The position numbers and the translations under genes are program-made. A DNA stretch of 64,000 nt from Alphaproteobacteria bacterium (GTDB taxonomy: Bacteria > Pseudomonadota > Alphaproteobacteria > Acetobacterales > Acetobacteraceae): positions 713 to 64,712 of the forward strand of contig JAFKFJ010000182.1 in NCBI GenBank assembly GCA_017307335.1, read 5' to 3'. Below, piece after piece: positions 55,234 through 64,000 of this stretch. Position 1 is the first letter of the stretch. The number at the start of each line of letters is the position of its first letter. The notes beneath the pieces are model-generated. The model ran no database searches. It was not told the DNA's origin and saw nothing but the letters and a program-made list of their open reading frames with translations.

Positions 55234-55809
55234 CTAGAAAACGACGGCGGCTGGCGCGACCACGCCCGCGATGCCGAGCACGATGCCGATCAGGCCCATG
55301 ACGAACGAGAAGCGCAGCAGGTGCCGCGAGGCGGTGATCACCGAGGCGGTGGCGAGCACGATGCCGAGCTCCAGCGCCGCCGCGGCATTGTCGAAGGTGT
55401 GGGCGCGCTCGAGATTCTCCTGCCGCAGCGTCTCGAACTCATGGGCGCGCGCGGCAATCGCCTTCTTGCCGTTCTCCTGGTCTTTCTCGTAGTGATCCTG
55501 GTCTGAGCGAAGCTGCTTCAGCACGCTCTCGCGCAGTCCCACCTTCTCCGCCTGCATCGGCGCGTCGAGGCTGCTTGCCAGCCGCTCCAGATCCTGCGCC
55601 ATCGCGAAGCGGACCGACTTGGCTTGGTACTCGCTCCAGGAGTCCGCCGCGAGAATCGCGTTCTCCTCCACCCCGATCTCCGCCCGCTTGGCCTGCTGCT
55701 CGCAGATTGCGAGGAAGGCGGCGAGCACTGCGATGATCAGGGCGGCGCGCTTGTCGCCCTGGTGGGCAGCGTGCTCGGCATGCTCGCCGTGTTCCAGGCT
55801 CTTGCTCAT
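55234..55809 (-). CDS. DUF4337 domain-containing membrane protein
   Basis: His-rich N-terminus, TM, WSEYQAKSVR motif, C-terminal TM pair. Architecture matches DUF4337 as I recall it. Confidence 0.7.
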   Translation of the reverse strand: MSKSLEHGEHAEHAAHQGDKRAALIIAVLAAFLAICEQQAKRAEIGVEENAILAADSWSEYQAKSVRFAMAQDLERLASSLDAPMQAEKVGLRESVLKQLRSDQDHYEKDQENGKKAIAARAHEFETLRQENLERAHTFDNAAAALELGIVLATASVITASRHLLRFSFVMGLIGIVLGIAGVVAPAAVVF

Positions 55810-55970
55810 CCGTCCTCCCGCGGTCGCGATCCGGCGTTCATCCTAGAGTGCGCGCCCGCCGTATGGCAGAGGTTAAAGGGTTTTGTCGCCGGTTCGGCTC
55901 GGTTGAGAAAGAATTTCCATTGACAGCGGATTCACAATTACCATGCTGGCGGCGACGCCGGGGGGCCGTC

Positions 55971-57722
55971 GTGCACGCTGCGAAATTCGGATCTTGGTTG
56001 CGGGCAACAACGATCTGCCTGGGCGTTTTCGTTGGTGTGGCGACTGCGCCGGCGATGGCGCAGACGCCGCCGATCATCCCGCCCACGCTTGCCCCGCCCG
56101 GCTCGCCCCTGCCGCGCATCCTGCCCCCCGCGCCGCCCTCCGTCAGCCCGGTGGCACCCCCCAGGGCCCCCGCCGCCCCCAGCGCCCTGCCCACCACGCC
56201 GGCGCGGGTGACGCAGGTCTCCGTCGACGGCGTCACCGCCTACAAGCCGGAGGAGATCCTGGCCCTCGCGCAGGGGCTGGTCGGCCCGGCGGTGCCGATC
56301 GCGAAGATCGAGGCGGCGCGCAGCGCGATCCTGCAGAAATACCGCGGCGACGGCTACGTGCTCTCGACCGTCTCCGCCAGCCTCGATGCCAGCGGCGTGC
56401 TGCGCTTCGTCGTCACCGAGGGTCACATCTCGAGCGTGAAGCTCGCCAACGACATCGGCCCCGCCGGCGTGCAGGTGTTGCGCTTCCTGCAGCGCCTGAC
56501 CGAGCAGACGCCGATCGACGAGGCGACGCTCGAGCGGTACCTGCTGCTCGCCCAGGACGTGCCCGGGGTGACGCTGCACGCGGTGCTGCAGCCGTCCGCC
56601 GACGAGCCCGGCGCGCTCACCCTGATCGCGCAGGTGAGCCGCCAGCCGGTGACGGGCCTGTTCACCACCGACAACTACGCCTCGACCTACACCGGCCCGA
56701 TCGAGAGCCTGGGCGTGGTGAACTTCAACAGCTTCACGCAGTACGGCGAGCAGACCCAGCTCCAGCTCTATTTCGCCTGGCCCAATGACCAGGTATTCGG
56801 CCAGGCGTCGGAGGAGATCTTCCTCGGCTCCTCCGGCCTGAAGCTGCGCGTCTATGGCGGCACCGGGCCGACGACGCCCGGCGGCGTGCTCGCGGCGGAA
56901 GGCTATTTCGGCTACACGAACGTGGGCGGCGTGGTGCTCACCTACCCGATCATCCGCGCGCGCACGCAGACGCTGAACCTGATCGGCAGCTTCGACGCGC
57001 TGCAATCGGACATCAGCATCCTCTCCGGCGAGACGCGCCAGCAGGCGAGCTATGATTCGCTGCGCGTGGCGCGCATCGGCGTCAGTTACGCGCGCTCCGA
57101 CCTGCTGCTCGGCGCCGACCGGCAGGCGATCAACACCGCGACGCTGCGCCTGAGCCATGGGCTGCCGATTCTCGGCGCCAGCCCCAACGGTGTGGCCAAC
57201 GCCCCGCGCCCCGGCGAGCGGACCGACTTCACCGCGGTCAGCTTCATGCTGACCCGCACGCAGACGCTGTTCTCGCCCTGGCAGAACAGCTCGGTCGCCG
57301 TCATGGGCCTGCTCACCGGCCAGTACAGCTCGGACATCCTGCCGCCGGAGGAGGAGTTCTATCTCGGCGGGTTGCAGTTCACGCGCGGCTATTACGCGGG
57401 CGAGGTGGTCGGCGACAGCGCGCTCGCGGCGACGGTCGAGCTGCAGCTCAACACCCAGTTCAGCCTGCCGAACCTCCCCGAGCCGATCCCGACGCAGTTC
57501 TTCGCCTTCTACGACTGGGGCGAGAGCTGGCAGAACGACAAGAACGGCCTCGACGAAGTCATCCCCTCGGTCGGGCTCGGCGTGAGCGTGAATCCGACGC
57601 GCTTCACCGAGGTCGACCTTCTGGGCGTCCAGCGGCTGAACCGCTTCCCCACCGGCAGCGGGCCGAACATCTCGCCGCTCGGGAAGAACGCCGTCTTCTG
57701 GCGCCTGCTGGCGCGGTTCTGA
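55971..57722 (+). CDS. two-partner secretion outer-membrane transporter (ShlB/FhaC/HecB family, TpsB)
   Basis: GTG 55971 gives the signal peptide MHAAKFGSWLRATTICLGVFVGVATAPAMA-Q (the track ORF starts at 55848). Pro-rich linker, POTRA-like region (VTQVSVDGVTAYKPEEI, FVVTEGHISSVKL), C-terminal barrel ending ...RF. Confidence 0.85.
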   Translation: MHAAKFGSWLRATTICLGVFVGVATAPAMAQTPPIIPPTLAPPGSPLPRILPPAPPSVSPVAPPRAPAAPSALPTTPARVTQVSVDGVTAYKPEEILALAQGLVGPAVPIAKIEAARSAILQKYRGDGYVLSTVSASLDASGVLRFVVTEGHISSVKLANDIGPAGVQVLRFLQRLTEQTPIDEATLERYLLLAQDVPGVTLHAVLQPSADEPGALTLIAQVSRQPVTGLFTTDNYASTYTGPIESLGVVNFNSFTQYGEQTQLQLYFAWPNDQVFGQASEEIFLGSSGLKLRVYGGTGPTTPGGVLAAEGYFGYTNVGGVVLTYPIIRARTQTLNLIGSFDALQSDISILSGETRQQASYDSLRVARIGVSYARSDLLLGADRQAINTATLRLSHGLPILGASPNGVANAPRPGERTDFTAVSFMLTRTQTLFSPWQNSSVAVMGLLTGQYSSDILPPEEEFYLGGLQFTRGYYAGEVVGDSALAATVELQLNTQFSLPNLPEPIPTQFFAFYDWGESWQNDKNGLDEVIPSVGLGVSVNPTRFTEVDLLGVQRLNRFPTGSGPNISPLGKNAVFWRLLARF

Positions 57723-57734
57723 GGAGAGCGGACG

Positions 57735-60700
57735 ATGCTGAGGACCCTCGCGGCATCGTTGCTGGCCAGCACGGCCCTGTTGCCGATCGCGCCGGCCGGG
57801 GCGCAGCCGGCGCCCAACGCGCTGCCGACCGGCGGCGCCGTCGTCGCCGGCCGTGCGGCGCTCAGCCAGAGCGGTGCCACCGCCACCATCACCCAGTCGA
57901 GCCAGCGTGCCGCGATCAACTGGCAGAGCTTCAATGTCGGCGCGCAGGCGACGGTGCAGTTCAAGCAGCCGTCGTCGTCCTCGGTCACGCTCAACCGCGT
58001 GGTCGGCTCCAACCCCTCGCAGATCGCCGGCCGGATCGACGCCAACGGCAAGCTCATCATCGTCAACCAGGACGGGGTCACCTTCTACCGCGGCGCGCAG
58101 GTGAACGCCGCCGGCCTCGTCGTCTCCTCCTCCAACATCAGCAACCAGAACTTCATGGCCGGCAAGCTGGTGTTCGACCAGCCCGGCAAGGCCACCGCCC
58201 GCATCGACAACGCCGGCACGATCACCATCAAGCAGGCCGGGCTCGCCGCCTTCGTCGCCCCGCAGGTCGCCAATTCCGGCGTCATCACCGCGAAGCTCGG
58301 CACCGTGGTGCTGGCCGGGGCGGTCACCCACACGCTCGACATGTACGGCGACGGGCTGGTGGCGCTCGATGTCAGCAACGAGGTGCGGCAGGCGCCGGGC
58401 GGGCATACCGCCCTCGTCACCAACACCGGCACCATCATCGCCGAGGGCGGCACGGTGCAGCTCACCGCGCGCGCCGCCGACGGGCTGGTGCAGACCCTCG
58501 TGCAGGCCGGCGGGACGATCGCGGCGCCGAGCGCGGGCGGGCGCACCGGCATGGTGGTGCTGAACGGCATCGGCGGCTCGATCACCATCGCCGGGCAGGT
58601 CGCGGCCGACGGCCTCGCCGCGGGCGCGCGCGGCGGGCAGGTGGCGGCGAACGCGAGCGGCAGCGTGACCCTGGCATCCACCGCGCGGGTCAGTGCGTCC
58701 GGCCAGGCGGGCGGCGGGACGATCGCGATCGGCACCACGCTCGCGCGTGCCGCCGGCGGGCCCGGCGTCGTTTCGGCGCACACGGCGAAGGACGTGGTGG
58801 TGGCGCCCGGCGCCACGATCGCGGCGGACGCGACCGGGCGCGGCAATGGCGGGCGCGTCACGCTGCTTTCCACCGGCAACACCGTCTTCGCCGGCGCCAT
58901 CAGCGCCCGCGGCGGCCCCTCCGGCGGCGACGGCGGGCTCGTGGAAGTCTCGGGCGGTACCCTCGGCTTTTACGGCACGGTCGATCTCGGCGCGCCGGCC
59001 GGGCACCTCGGCACCGTGCTGTTCGATCCCGACACGCTGGAGATCACCGCCGCCACCCCCGGCAGTCTCGACGGGCTGCTCCCCACCATTGCGGCCGGCA
59101 CCAGCTCCGCGCCCGGCGTCACGCTCGACACGGTTTCGGCGACGGCGCTCGACGGCATAGGCGCCAACGCCGTCCTGGCCGCATCGTCGGTGATCGACGT
59201 CAAGGCCTCGCTTCTGCTCGCCCACAACCTCACGCTCGTCTCCGGCGGCAACCTCACCGTCGACCCGGGGGTCAGCATTCAGGCGGCGGGCCTCCTGCTG
59301 CAATCGGGCGGCGCGAGCGCGCTGGTGCTGAGCGGGGCCACGCTCAATGCGCCGATCGTGGCGCTCAATGCCGGCAGCGGCGGCATCGCGCTCGGCGGCG
59401 CCACGATCACCGCGAGCACCTCGCTCGACATGAGCACGCTCGGCGGCGGCATCGCGCAGGGCAGCGGGGTGATCAGCACGCCGCTGCTGGCGAGCGCGTT
59501 CAACATCGGCGGCACCGCCAACCTCGCCGGCACCAACACGATCAACGCGATCGGCGGCGTCAGCGTCACCGGCGGCGCTTTCGTGCTTTCCGACTCGATC
59601 GCGAGCCTCGGCGTCACCGGCCCCCTGATCGCCGACAGCGTGACGATCGGCGCCGGCAGCGGGCTCCTGGCGCCCAACGCCGTCAGCGTGGGCGGCAGCA
59701 TCGGCGCCACCGGCAACCTGCTCATCGCCAGCAACGGCGCCATCGCGCTCAATGCCGGCGCTGCGGTCACCGGCGGCATGGTTGCGTTCGGTGGCACCGG
59801 GATCACGATCGCCAACACCGCAACGCTCGGCCAGACGACTGGCGTGGTCGATCTCTCGACCGCCGGTGCCGTGACCGGCGTCGTCGAATCGGCGGGCGGC
59901 GTGATCCGTGCCGGGACGTTGCAGAGTTCGTCCAACATCGCCGGCCCGGCGACGCTCGACAGCACCGGCAACACCATCAGCGCGATCGGCACCCTGGTCG
60001 CGAGCGGCAACGTGACGCTCGGCGATTCCGGCGCCCTCACGATCAACGGCAAGCTCGCCGCCCCCAACATCGTCATCGACCCGGCGGCGGCGCCGGCATC
60101 CGTCACGGTCAGCGGCAGCCTTGGCGCCGATGCGCTGGTTTCGCTGACCAGCACGGGCGCGATCAACCTCATCAGCGGCGCCCTGGTCACGGGCACCGGC
60201 ATCACGCTCGCCGGGGGCGGCGCGATCAGCGTCGGCGGCGGCGCCGTGCTCGGCACCACCGCCGCCACCGTCGGCCTCGCCACCACCGGCGGCGGGGTCA
60301 CGGAGAGTGCCGGCGGCATCATCCGTGCGGCCGCGCTGGTGCCGGGCGCGATCAGCGGCACCGTCGATCTCGCCGGCGTCGCCAACACCATCGCCGCCCT
60401 CGGCGCCGTCACCGTGACCGGCGGCGACTTCACCCTCGACACCACCGGCAGCCTGGCCGTGAACGGCGCGCTGAACGCCGGCAACATCGCCCTCAGCAGC
60501 GCCACGCTCGGCATCCACGCCGACCTCACCGCGTCGAACAGCGTGGCGCTGGTCGGCGGCAGCGGCGGGATCGCGCTCGACCACACGATCAGCGGCAGCA
60601 CGCTCGCGCTGGGCAGCGGCGGCGGCATCACCGAAGCTGCGACGACGAAGCTGCAGACACCGACGCTGATCAGTGCGGGCACGCTCAGCGGCGCGGTGGA

Positions 60701-63700
60701 TCTGTCTGCCGGCGACAACTCCATCTCCACCCTCGGCAACCTGTCCGCGAGCGGCGCGGCCGTGACCCTGACCGACGGCGGCGTTGCCGCGCTCGTCGTC
60801 AGCGGCCCGGTGCAGGTCGGTTCGCTCACGCTCAACGGCGTGCCCGCGATCGGCGTCACCGGCGGCATCACCGCGAGCGGCGAGGTTTCGCTGGCCGCCG
60901 GGGCGAGCGGGATCGCGTTCGGCGCGGCCAGCGTCGTCTCCGCGCCCACGATCACCCTTGCCAGCGGGGGCGGCGTGACCGAGGCAGCCGGCGGCGCGCT
61001 CACCGGCGGCGGCACGCTGCAGAGCGCCGGCACGATCACCGGCAACGCCGGCCTGTTCAGCAGCGCGAACGCCATCGGCACGCTCGGCCCGTTCGCCGTC
61101 ACCGGCAATCTCTCGCTGGAGAACAGCGCCGCTCTCGCGCTCGCCGGCGCGATCACCGCCCCCGCCCTGACCCTGACGACCACGGCGGGCGGCGTCACGC
61201 AGGCAAGCGGCGGGGCGATCACCACGACCAACCTGAACATCGCGGCGCAGGGCACGATCTTCCTGCCGGCGACCGGCAATGCGATCACCACGGCAAGCGC
61301 GCTGACCGCGACCGGCGGCGACGTGGCGCTGGTCGACGGCAGCGATCTCACCGTGAACGCGGCGAGCGGCACCAACCTCTTCTTCGAGGTGGCGCGCGCC
61401 GGCGGCAAGTTCAGCACCACCGGCCCGCTCGGCGCCGGCAGCACGCGCGTCTCGCTGGTGGCCGACAGCCTTGCGCTCGGCAGCTTCGTCACCGCCGCCG
61501 GCTCGGTCGAGATCGCGCCCTACACCGCCGGGCCGTTCAGCTTCGGGGCCGCGCTGCTCGGCGAGCTGCTCACGCCCGCCGCGCTGATCGGCGGGTTCAC
61601 CGACGCGACGACGCATGCATCCGCGCCCGCGGCGCGGGCGACGACCCTCACCGTCGCCGGGCCGCTCACCGTCTTCTTCAGCTCCACGCTCGGCCTGCTC
61701 GCGACGGACACGATTGCCGAGTCCGGCGGCGGGATCACCGTCGGCACGCTGGTTGGCGGCGCCGGCACGCTCGCCGATCTCTCGCTCGCCAACGACATCA
61801 CGACGCTCGGCAGCTTCTCGGTTCCCGGCGGCACGCTCAACCTCGTCGATTCCGGCGCGCCCGCGCTCAGCGTCACTGGGCCGGTCAATGCGCGCAACGT
61901 GACGCTGAGCGGCGCCGGCGCCCTCGCACTCGCCGGCAGCGTCACGGCGACCGGCATCCTGGCCCTCGGCGCGGTGAGCGGCGGCGTCAGCGAAACGCCG
62001 GGCATCGCCGTCAGCGCCGGGACGCTCGCCAGCGTCGGCACCATCGCCGGCACCGCGACGCTGGTCAGCGGCGCGAACGCGATCGGCACGCTGGAGAATT
62101 TCGCCGTCAGCGGCGACCTCTCGCTGGAGAACGGCGCGGCGCTCGCGCTCGCCGGCAGCATCGGCGTGCCCGGCACGCTGGCGCTCGCCACCACGGCCGG
62201 CGGCATCATGCAAGACGGCGCAGCCGCGATCAGGGCCGCCGCGCTGACCAGCCTCGGCATGACGACAACCGGCGACGTGACGCTCGCCGGCAGCGCCAAC
62301 AGCATCGCAACCCTCGGCGCCTTCACCGTTGCGGGCACCGGCGCGCTCGCGCTTGCCGACGGGGCCGCGCTGCTCACCATCACGGGCCCGGTGAGCGCGG
62401 GGAGTGTCACCATCGGCGGCGGCGCGGTGCCGACGGCGCTCGCCATCGACGGCGACGTCACGGCGCCGACGCTCGATCTCGCCGCCGGCAGCGGCGGCAT
62501 GTCCGAGGCTGCGGGCGTCGTGCTGAATGCCGGAACGCTGATGAGCAGCGGCGGCGCGGGCGGCACCGTCGCGCTGACCAGCACGGGCAACACCATCACC
62601 ACGCTCGGCGGCTTTGCCGTCACCGGCGGCGACTTCACCCTTGCCGACACGGGCACCCTCGCGATCGCGGGTCCGCTCAGTGCGGCCAACATCGTCATCG
62701 GCGGCGGCGGGCTCGGCCTGCCGGATGCGATCGGCGCGAGCGGCAGCATCAGCGCCGGCAACCTGCTCGCACTCAGCGCCGGCGCCTCCGGCATCACCCT
62801 TGCGTCGGGTGCCGCCCTGTCCGGCGCCACCGTCGATCTTTCCAACACCGGCGGCGGCATCGGCGAGAGCGCCGGGGCGAAGATCGCCGCCACCACGCTG
62901 CAAAGCAGCGGCGGCGCGAACGGCGCCGTCGATCTCGCCGGGGCCGCGAACAGCATCGCCGGCCTCGGCATCTTCACCGTCACCGGCGGCGACTTCACGC
63001 TGGAGGACACGGCGGCGCTCGCCGTCACCGGCCCGCTCACCGCCACCAACGTGAGCATCGGGGCCGCGCACGCACCGCCCACGCTCACGGTCGGCGGCAG
63101 CATCGGCGCCACCACGCAGATCGCGCTGCTCGCCGGCGCCGGCGGCATCTCGCTTGCCGCGGGCGGCATCGTCACCGCGCCGACGGTGGCGCTCGGCGGC
63201 ACCGGCGGCGTCAGCGAGAACGCCGCCAGCAGCCTCACCGCGACCGTGCTGCAGACCGCGGGCACCATCGCCGGCACGGTCGCGCTCAGCGGCGGCACCA
63301 ACAGCGTCAGCACGCTCGGCAGCGTCACCGCAAGCGGCAGCTTCACCCTGGTCGATGCCGCGCCCACGCTCACCGTCGCCGGGCCGGTCGCGGCGGGCAC
63401 GCTCGCGCTCAGTGCCGCGAGCCTCGACCTCGCCGGCAGCGCCAGTGCCACCACGGCGGCAAGCCTCAGCGCCGGCGCGGGCGGGCTCACGATGGGCGCC
63501 ACGAGCGTGCTCAGCGCGCCGACCATCACGCTCGCGAGCGGCGCCGATGTGGTGGAGACCGCCGGCGGCGTCCTCTCCGGCGGCACGCTGATGAGCGGCG
63601 CGATCGCCGGCACCGCGAATCTCAACAGCACCGCCAACGCCATCGGCACGCTGGAGAACTTCGCTGTCGGCACCGACCTGACGTTCGAGAACGGCAGCGC

Positions 63701-64000
63701 GCTCGTGCTCGCCGGCAGCATCGGCGTGCCCGGCACGCTGGCGCTCGGCGCCGCGGCCGGCGGGATCACACAGGGCGGCGCGGCGGCGATCACGGCGGGG
63801 GCGGTCGCCAGCCTCGGCACCATCGCGGGCGGGGCGAGCCTCGCCGGCACCGCCAACGACATCATCGCGGTGCAGGATTTCGCCGCGACCGGCGCCGTCG
63901 CCATCTCGGATGCCGCGCCGACGCTCACGATCGCCGGCAGCCTCGGCGGCAGCGGCATCACCATCGGCGGCGGGGCACTGACCGCGCCGGGCACGCTCGT
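57735..64000 (+). CDS. giant two-partner secretion exoprotein (filamentous hemagglutinin N-terminal/TPS domain, TpsA), 3' end beyond the window
   Basis: Not in the ORF track because it has no stop in the window. Hand translation from ATG 57735 (after GAGGAG) gives a signal peptide, then the TPS domain: LPTGGAVVAGRAALSQSGATATITQSSQRAAINWQSFNVGAQATVQFKQP...VTLNRVVGSNPSQIAGRIDANGKLIIVNQDGV. The frame was spot-checked open at about 59.2, 60.0, 61.5, 61.6, 63.1 and 63.96 kb. G/A/T-rich beta-helix repeats throughout. Confidence 0.85.
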   Translation, partial: MLRTLAASLLASTALLPIAPAGAQPAPNALPTGGAVVAGRAALSQSGATATITQSSQRAAINWQSFNVGAQATVQFKQPSSSSVTLNRVVGSNPSQIAGRIDANGKLIIVNQDGVTFYRGAQVNAAGLVVSSSNISNQNFMAGKLVFDQPGKATARIDNAGTITIKQAGLAAFVAPQVANSGVITAKLGTVVLAGAVTHTLDMYGDGLVALDVSNEVRQAPGGHTALVTNTGTIIAEGGTVQLTARAADGLVQTLVQAGGTIAAPSAGGRTGMVVLNGIGGSITIAGQVAADGLAAGARGGQVAANASGSVTLASTARVSASGQAGGGTIAIGTTLARAAGGPGVVSAHTAKDVVVAPGATIAADATGRGNGGRVTLLSTGNTVFAGAISARGGPSGGDGGLVEVSGGTLGFYGTVDLGAPAGHLGTVLFDPDTLEITAATPGSLDGLLPTIAAGTSSAPGVTLDTVSATALDGIGANAVLAASSVIDVKASLLLAHNLTLVSGGNLTVDPGVSIQAAGLLLQSGGASALVLSGATLNAPIVALNAGSGGIALGGATITASTSLDMSTLGGGIAQGSGVISTPLLASAFNIGGTANLAGTNTINAIGGVSVTGGAFVLSDSIASLGVTGPLIADSVTIGAGSGLLAPNAVSVGGSIGATGNLLIASNGAIALNAGAAVTGGMVAFGGTGITIANTATLGQTTGVVDLSTAGAVTGVVESAGGVIRAGTLQSSSNIAGPATLDSTGNTISAIGTLVASGNVTLGDSGALTINGKLAAPNIVIDPAAAPASVTVSGSLGADALVSLTSTGAINLISGALVTGTGITLAGGGAISVGGGAVLGTTAATVGLATTGGGVTESAGGIIRAAALVPGAISGTVDLAGVANTIAALGAVTVTGGDFTLDTTGSLAVNGALNAGNIALSSATLGIHADLTASNSVALVGGSGGIALDHTISGSTLALGSGGGITEAATTKLQTPTLISAGTLSGAVDLSAGDNSISTLGNLSASGAAVTLTDGGVAALVVSGPVQVGSLTLNGVPAIGVTGGITASGEVSLAAGASGIAFGAASVVSAPTITLASGGGVTEAAGGALTGGGTLQSAGTITGNAGLFSSANAIGTLGPFAVTGNLSLENSAALALAGAITAPALTLTTTAGGVTQASGGAITTTNLNIAAQGTIFLPATGNAITTASALTATGGDVALVDGSDLTVNAASGTNLFFEVARAGGKFSTTGPLGAGSTRVSLVADSLALGSFVTAAGSVEIAPYTAGPFSFGAALLGELLTPAALIGGFTDATTHASAPAARATTLTVAGPLTVFFSSTLGLLATDTIAESGGGITVGTLVGGAGTLADLSLANDITTLGSFSVPGGTLNLVDSGAPALSVTGPVNARNVTLSGAGALALAGSVTATGILALGAVSGGVSETPGIAVSAGTLASVGTIAGTATLVSGANAIGTLENFAVSGDLSLENGAALALAGSIGVPGTLALATTAGGIMQDGAAAIRAAALTSLGMTTTGDVTLAGSANSIATLGAFTVAGTGALALADGAALLTITGPVSAGSVTIGGGAVPTALAIDGDVTAPTLDLAAGSGGMSEAAGVVLNAGTLMSSGGAGGTVALTSTGNTITTLGGFAVTGGDFTLADTGTLAIAGPLSAANIVIGGGGLGLPDAIGASGSISAGNLLALSAGASGITLASGAALSGATVDLSNTGGGIGESAGAKIAATTLQSSGGANGAVDLAGAANSIAGLGIFTVTGGDFTLEDTAALAVTGPLTATNVSIGAAHAPPTLTVGGSIGATTQIALLAGAGGISLAAGGIVTAPTVALGGTGGVSENAASSLTATVLQTAGTIAGTVALSGGTNSVSTLGSVTASGSFTLVDAAPTLTVAGPVAAGTLALSAASLDLAGSASATTAASLSAGAGGLTMGATSVLSAPTITLASGADVVETAGGVLSGGTLMSGAIAGTANLNSTANAIGTLENFAVGTDLTFENGSALVLAGSIGVPGTLALGAAAGGITQGGAAAITAGAVASLGTIAGGASLAGTANDIIAVQDFAATGAVAISDAAPTLTIAGSLGGSGITIGGGALTAPGTL
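61065..63790 (+). repeat. long-period coding repeats inside tpsA
   Basis: 62041-62230 aligns column for column with 63601-63790 (offset 1560 nt), and 62147-62187 is identical to 63707-63747. 61065-61160 aligns with 62073-62168 (offset 1008 nt). The encoded motif is ANAIGTLxxFAVxGxLSLENxAALALAG. Confidence 0.8.

Noticed and set aside
55920-55947. Perfect TTGACA upstream of tpsB as a promoter
   Set aside because: There is no acceptable -10 hexamer at 16-18 nt spacing; the best is CATGCT. The evidence is too weak to call as a feature.
55938-63071. 2377-aa minus-strand ORF, the longest in the track
   Set aside because: Arg/Gly/Ala/Asp-rich low-complexity translation with no recognisable domains. 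It runs antisense through both tpsB and tpsA. The plus strand carries clear TpsB and TPS-domain proteins. This is a typical high-GC antisense shadow ORF.
59279-63994. Minus-strand ORFs 59279..61492 (737 aa) and 61520..63994 (824 aa)
   Set aside because: Pro/Ala/Ser/Val-rich shadows of the tpsA repeat region in another antisense frame. No signal sequence, no domains, and they are incompatible with the well-supported plus-strand gene.
57735-64000. Repetitive DNA considered as a possible CRISPR or non-coding array
   Set aside because: The repeats are long-period, imperfect and in frame within a single open reading frame (tpsA). There are no short direct repeats with unique spacers and no cas genes.

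Overview
High-GC (roughly 70% by eye) alphaproteobacterial DNA, Rhizobiales or methylotroph-like, gene-dense on both strands. It probably lies on a plasmid or chromid, because a repA-repB partition pair sits next to a canonical 16-bp repABC-type parS palindrome. Gene order, left to right: fhcD-fhcC (H4MPT C1 pathway), a small Cys protein, cytochrome c, a CheY-like receiver coupled to an ADP-ribosylglycohydrolase, a liv-type amino-acid ABC operon, parS-repA-repB with a convergent tyrosine recombinase and no repC. Next come a FadR/GntR regulator, a sugar ABC system and a lactonase. An iron block follows (fbpABC, OprB-family porin, secreted beta-propeller, Tat-Dyp peroxidase), with a shared Fur-box-like motif in front of fbpA and the porin, then a DUF1612/HTH protein. 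The most interesting part is a split and apparently incomplete type VI secretion locus. tagF-pppA (26.4-27.7 kb) is divergent from an operon of two tandem OmpA-like paralogs plus a membrane-anchored HExxH protein. About 11 kb of metabolic and transport cargo follows. The structural operon is orphan gene-tssA-tssB-tssC-hcp-tagJ-tssE-tssF-tssG-clpV (41.6-53.6 kb, minus strand), divergent from a PAAR gene followed by a zinc-ribbon/SAM-methyltransferase gene. I could not find tssK, tssL, tssM, vgrG, fha or ppkA in the window. The right end carries a two-partner secretion pair. Its giant TpsA exoprotein (57735 to the window end, plus strand) is missing from the supplied ORF track because it has no stop in the window, and the multi-kb minus-strand ORFs listed there are antisense shadows of it. 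I found no rRNA, tRNA, CRISPR array or transposase. All functional calls rest on motif and family recognition by eye; no database search was run.
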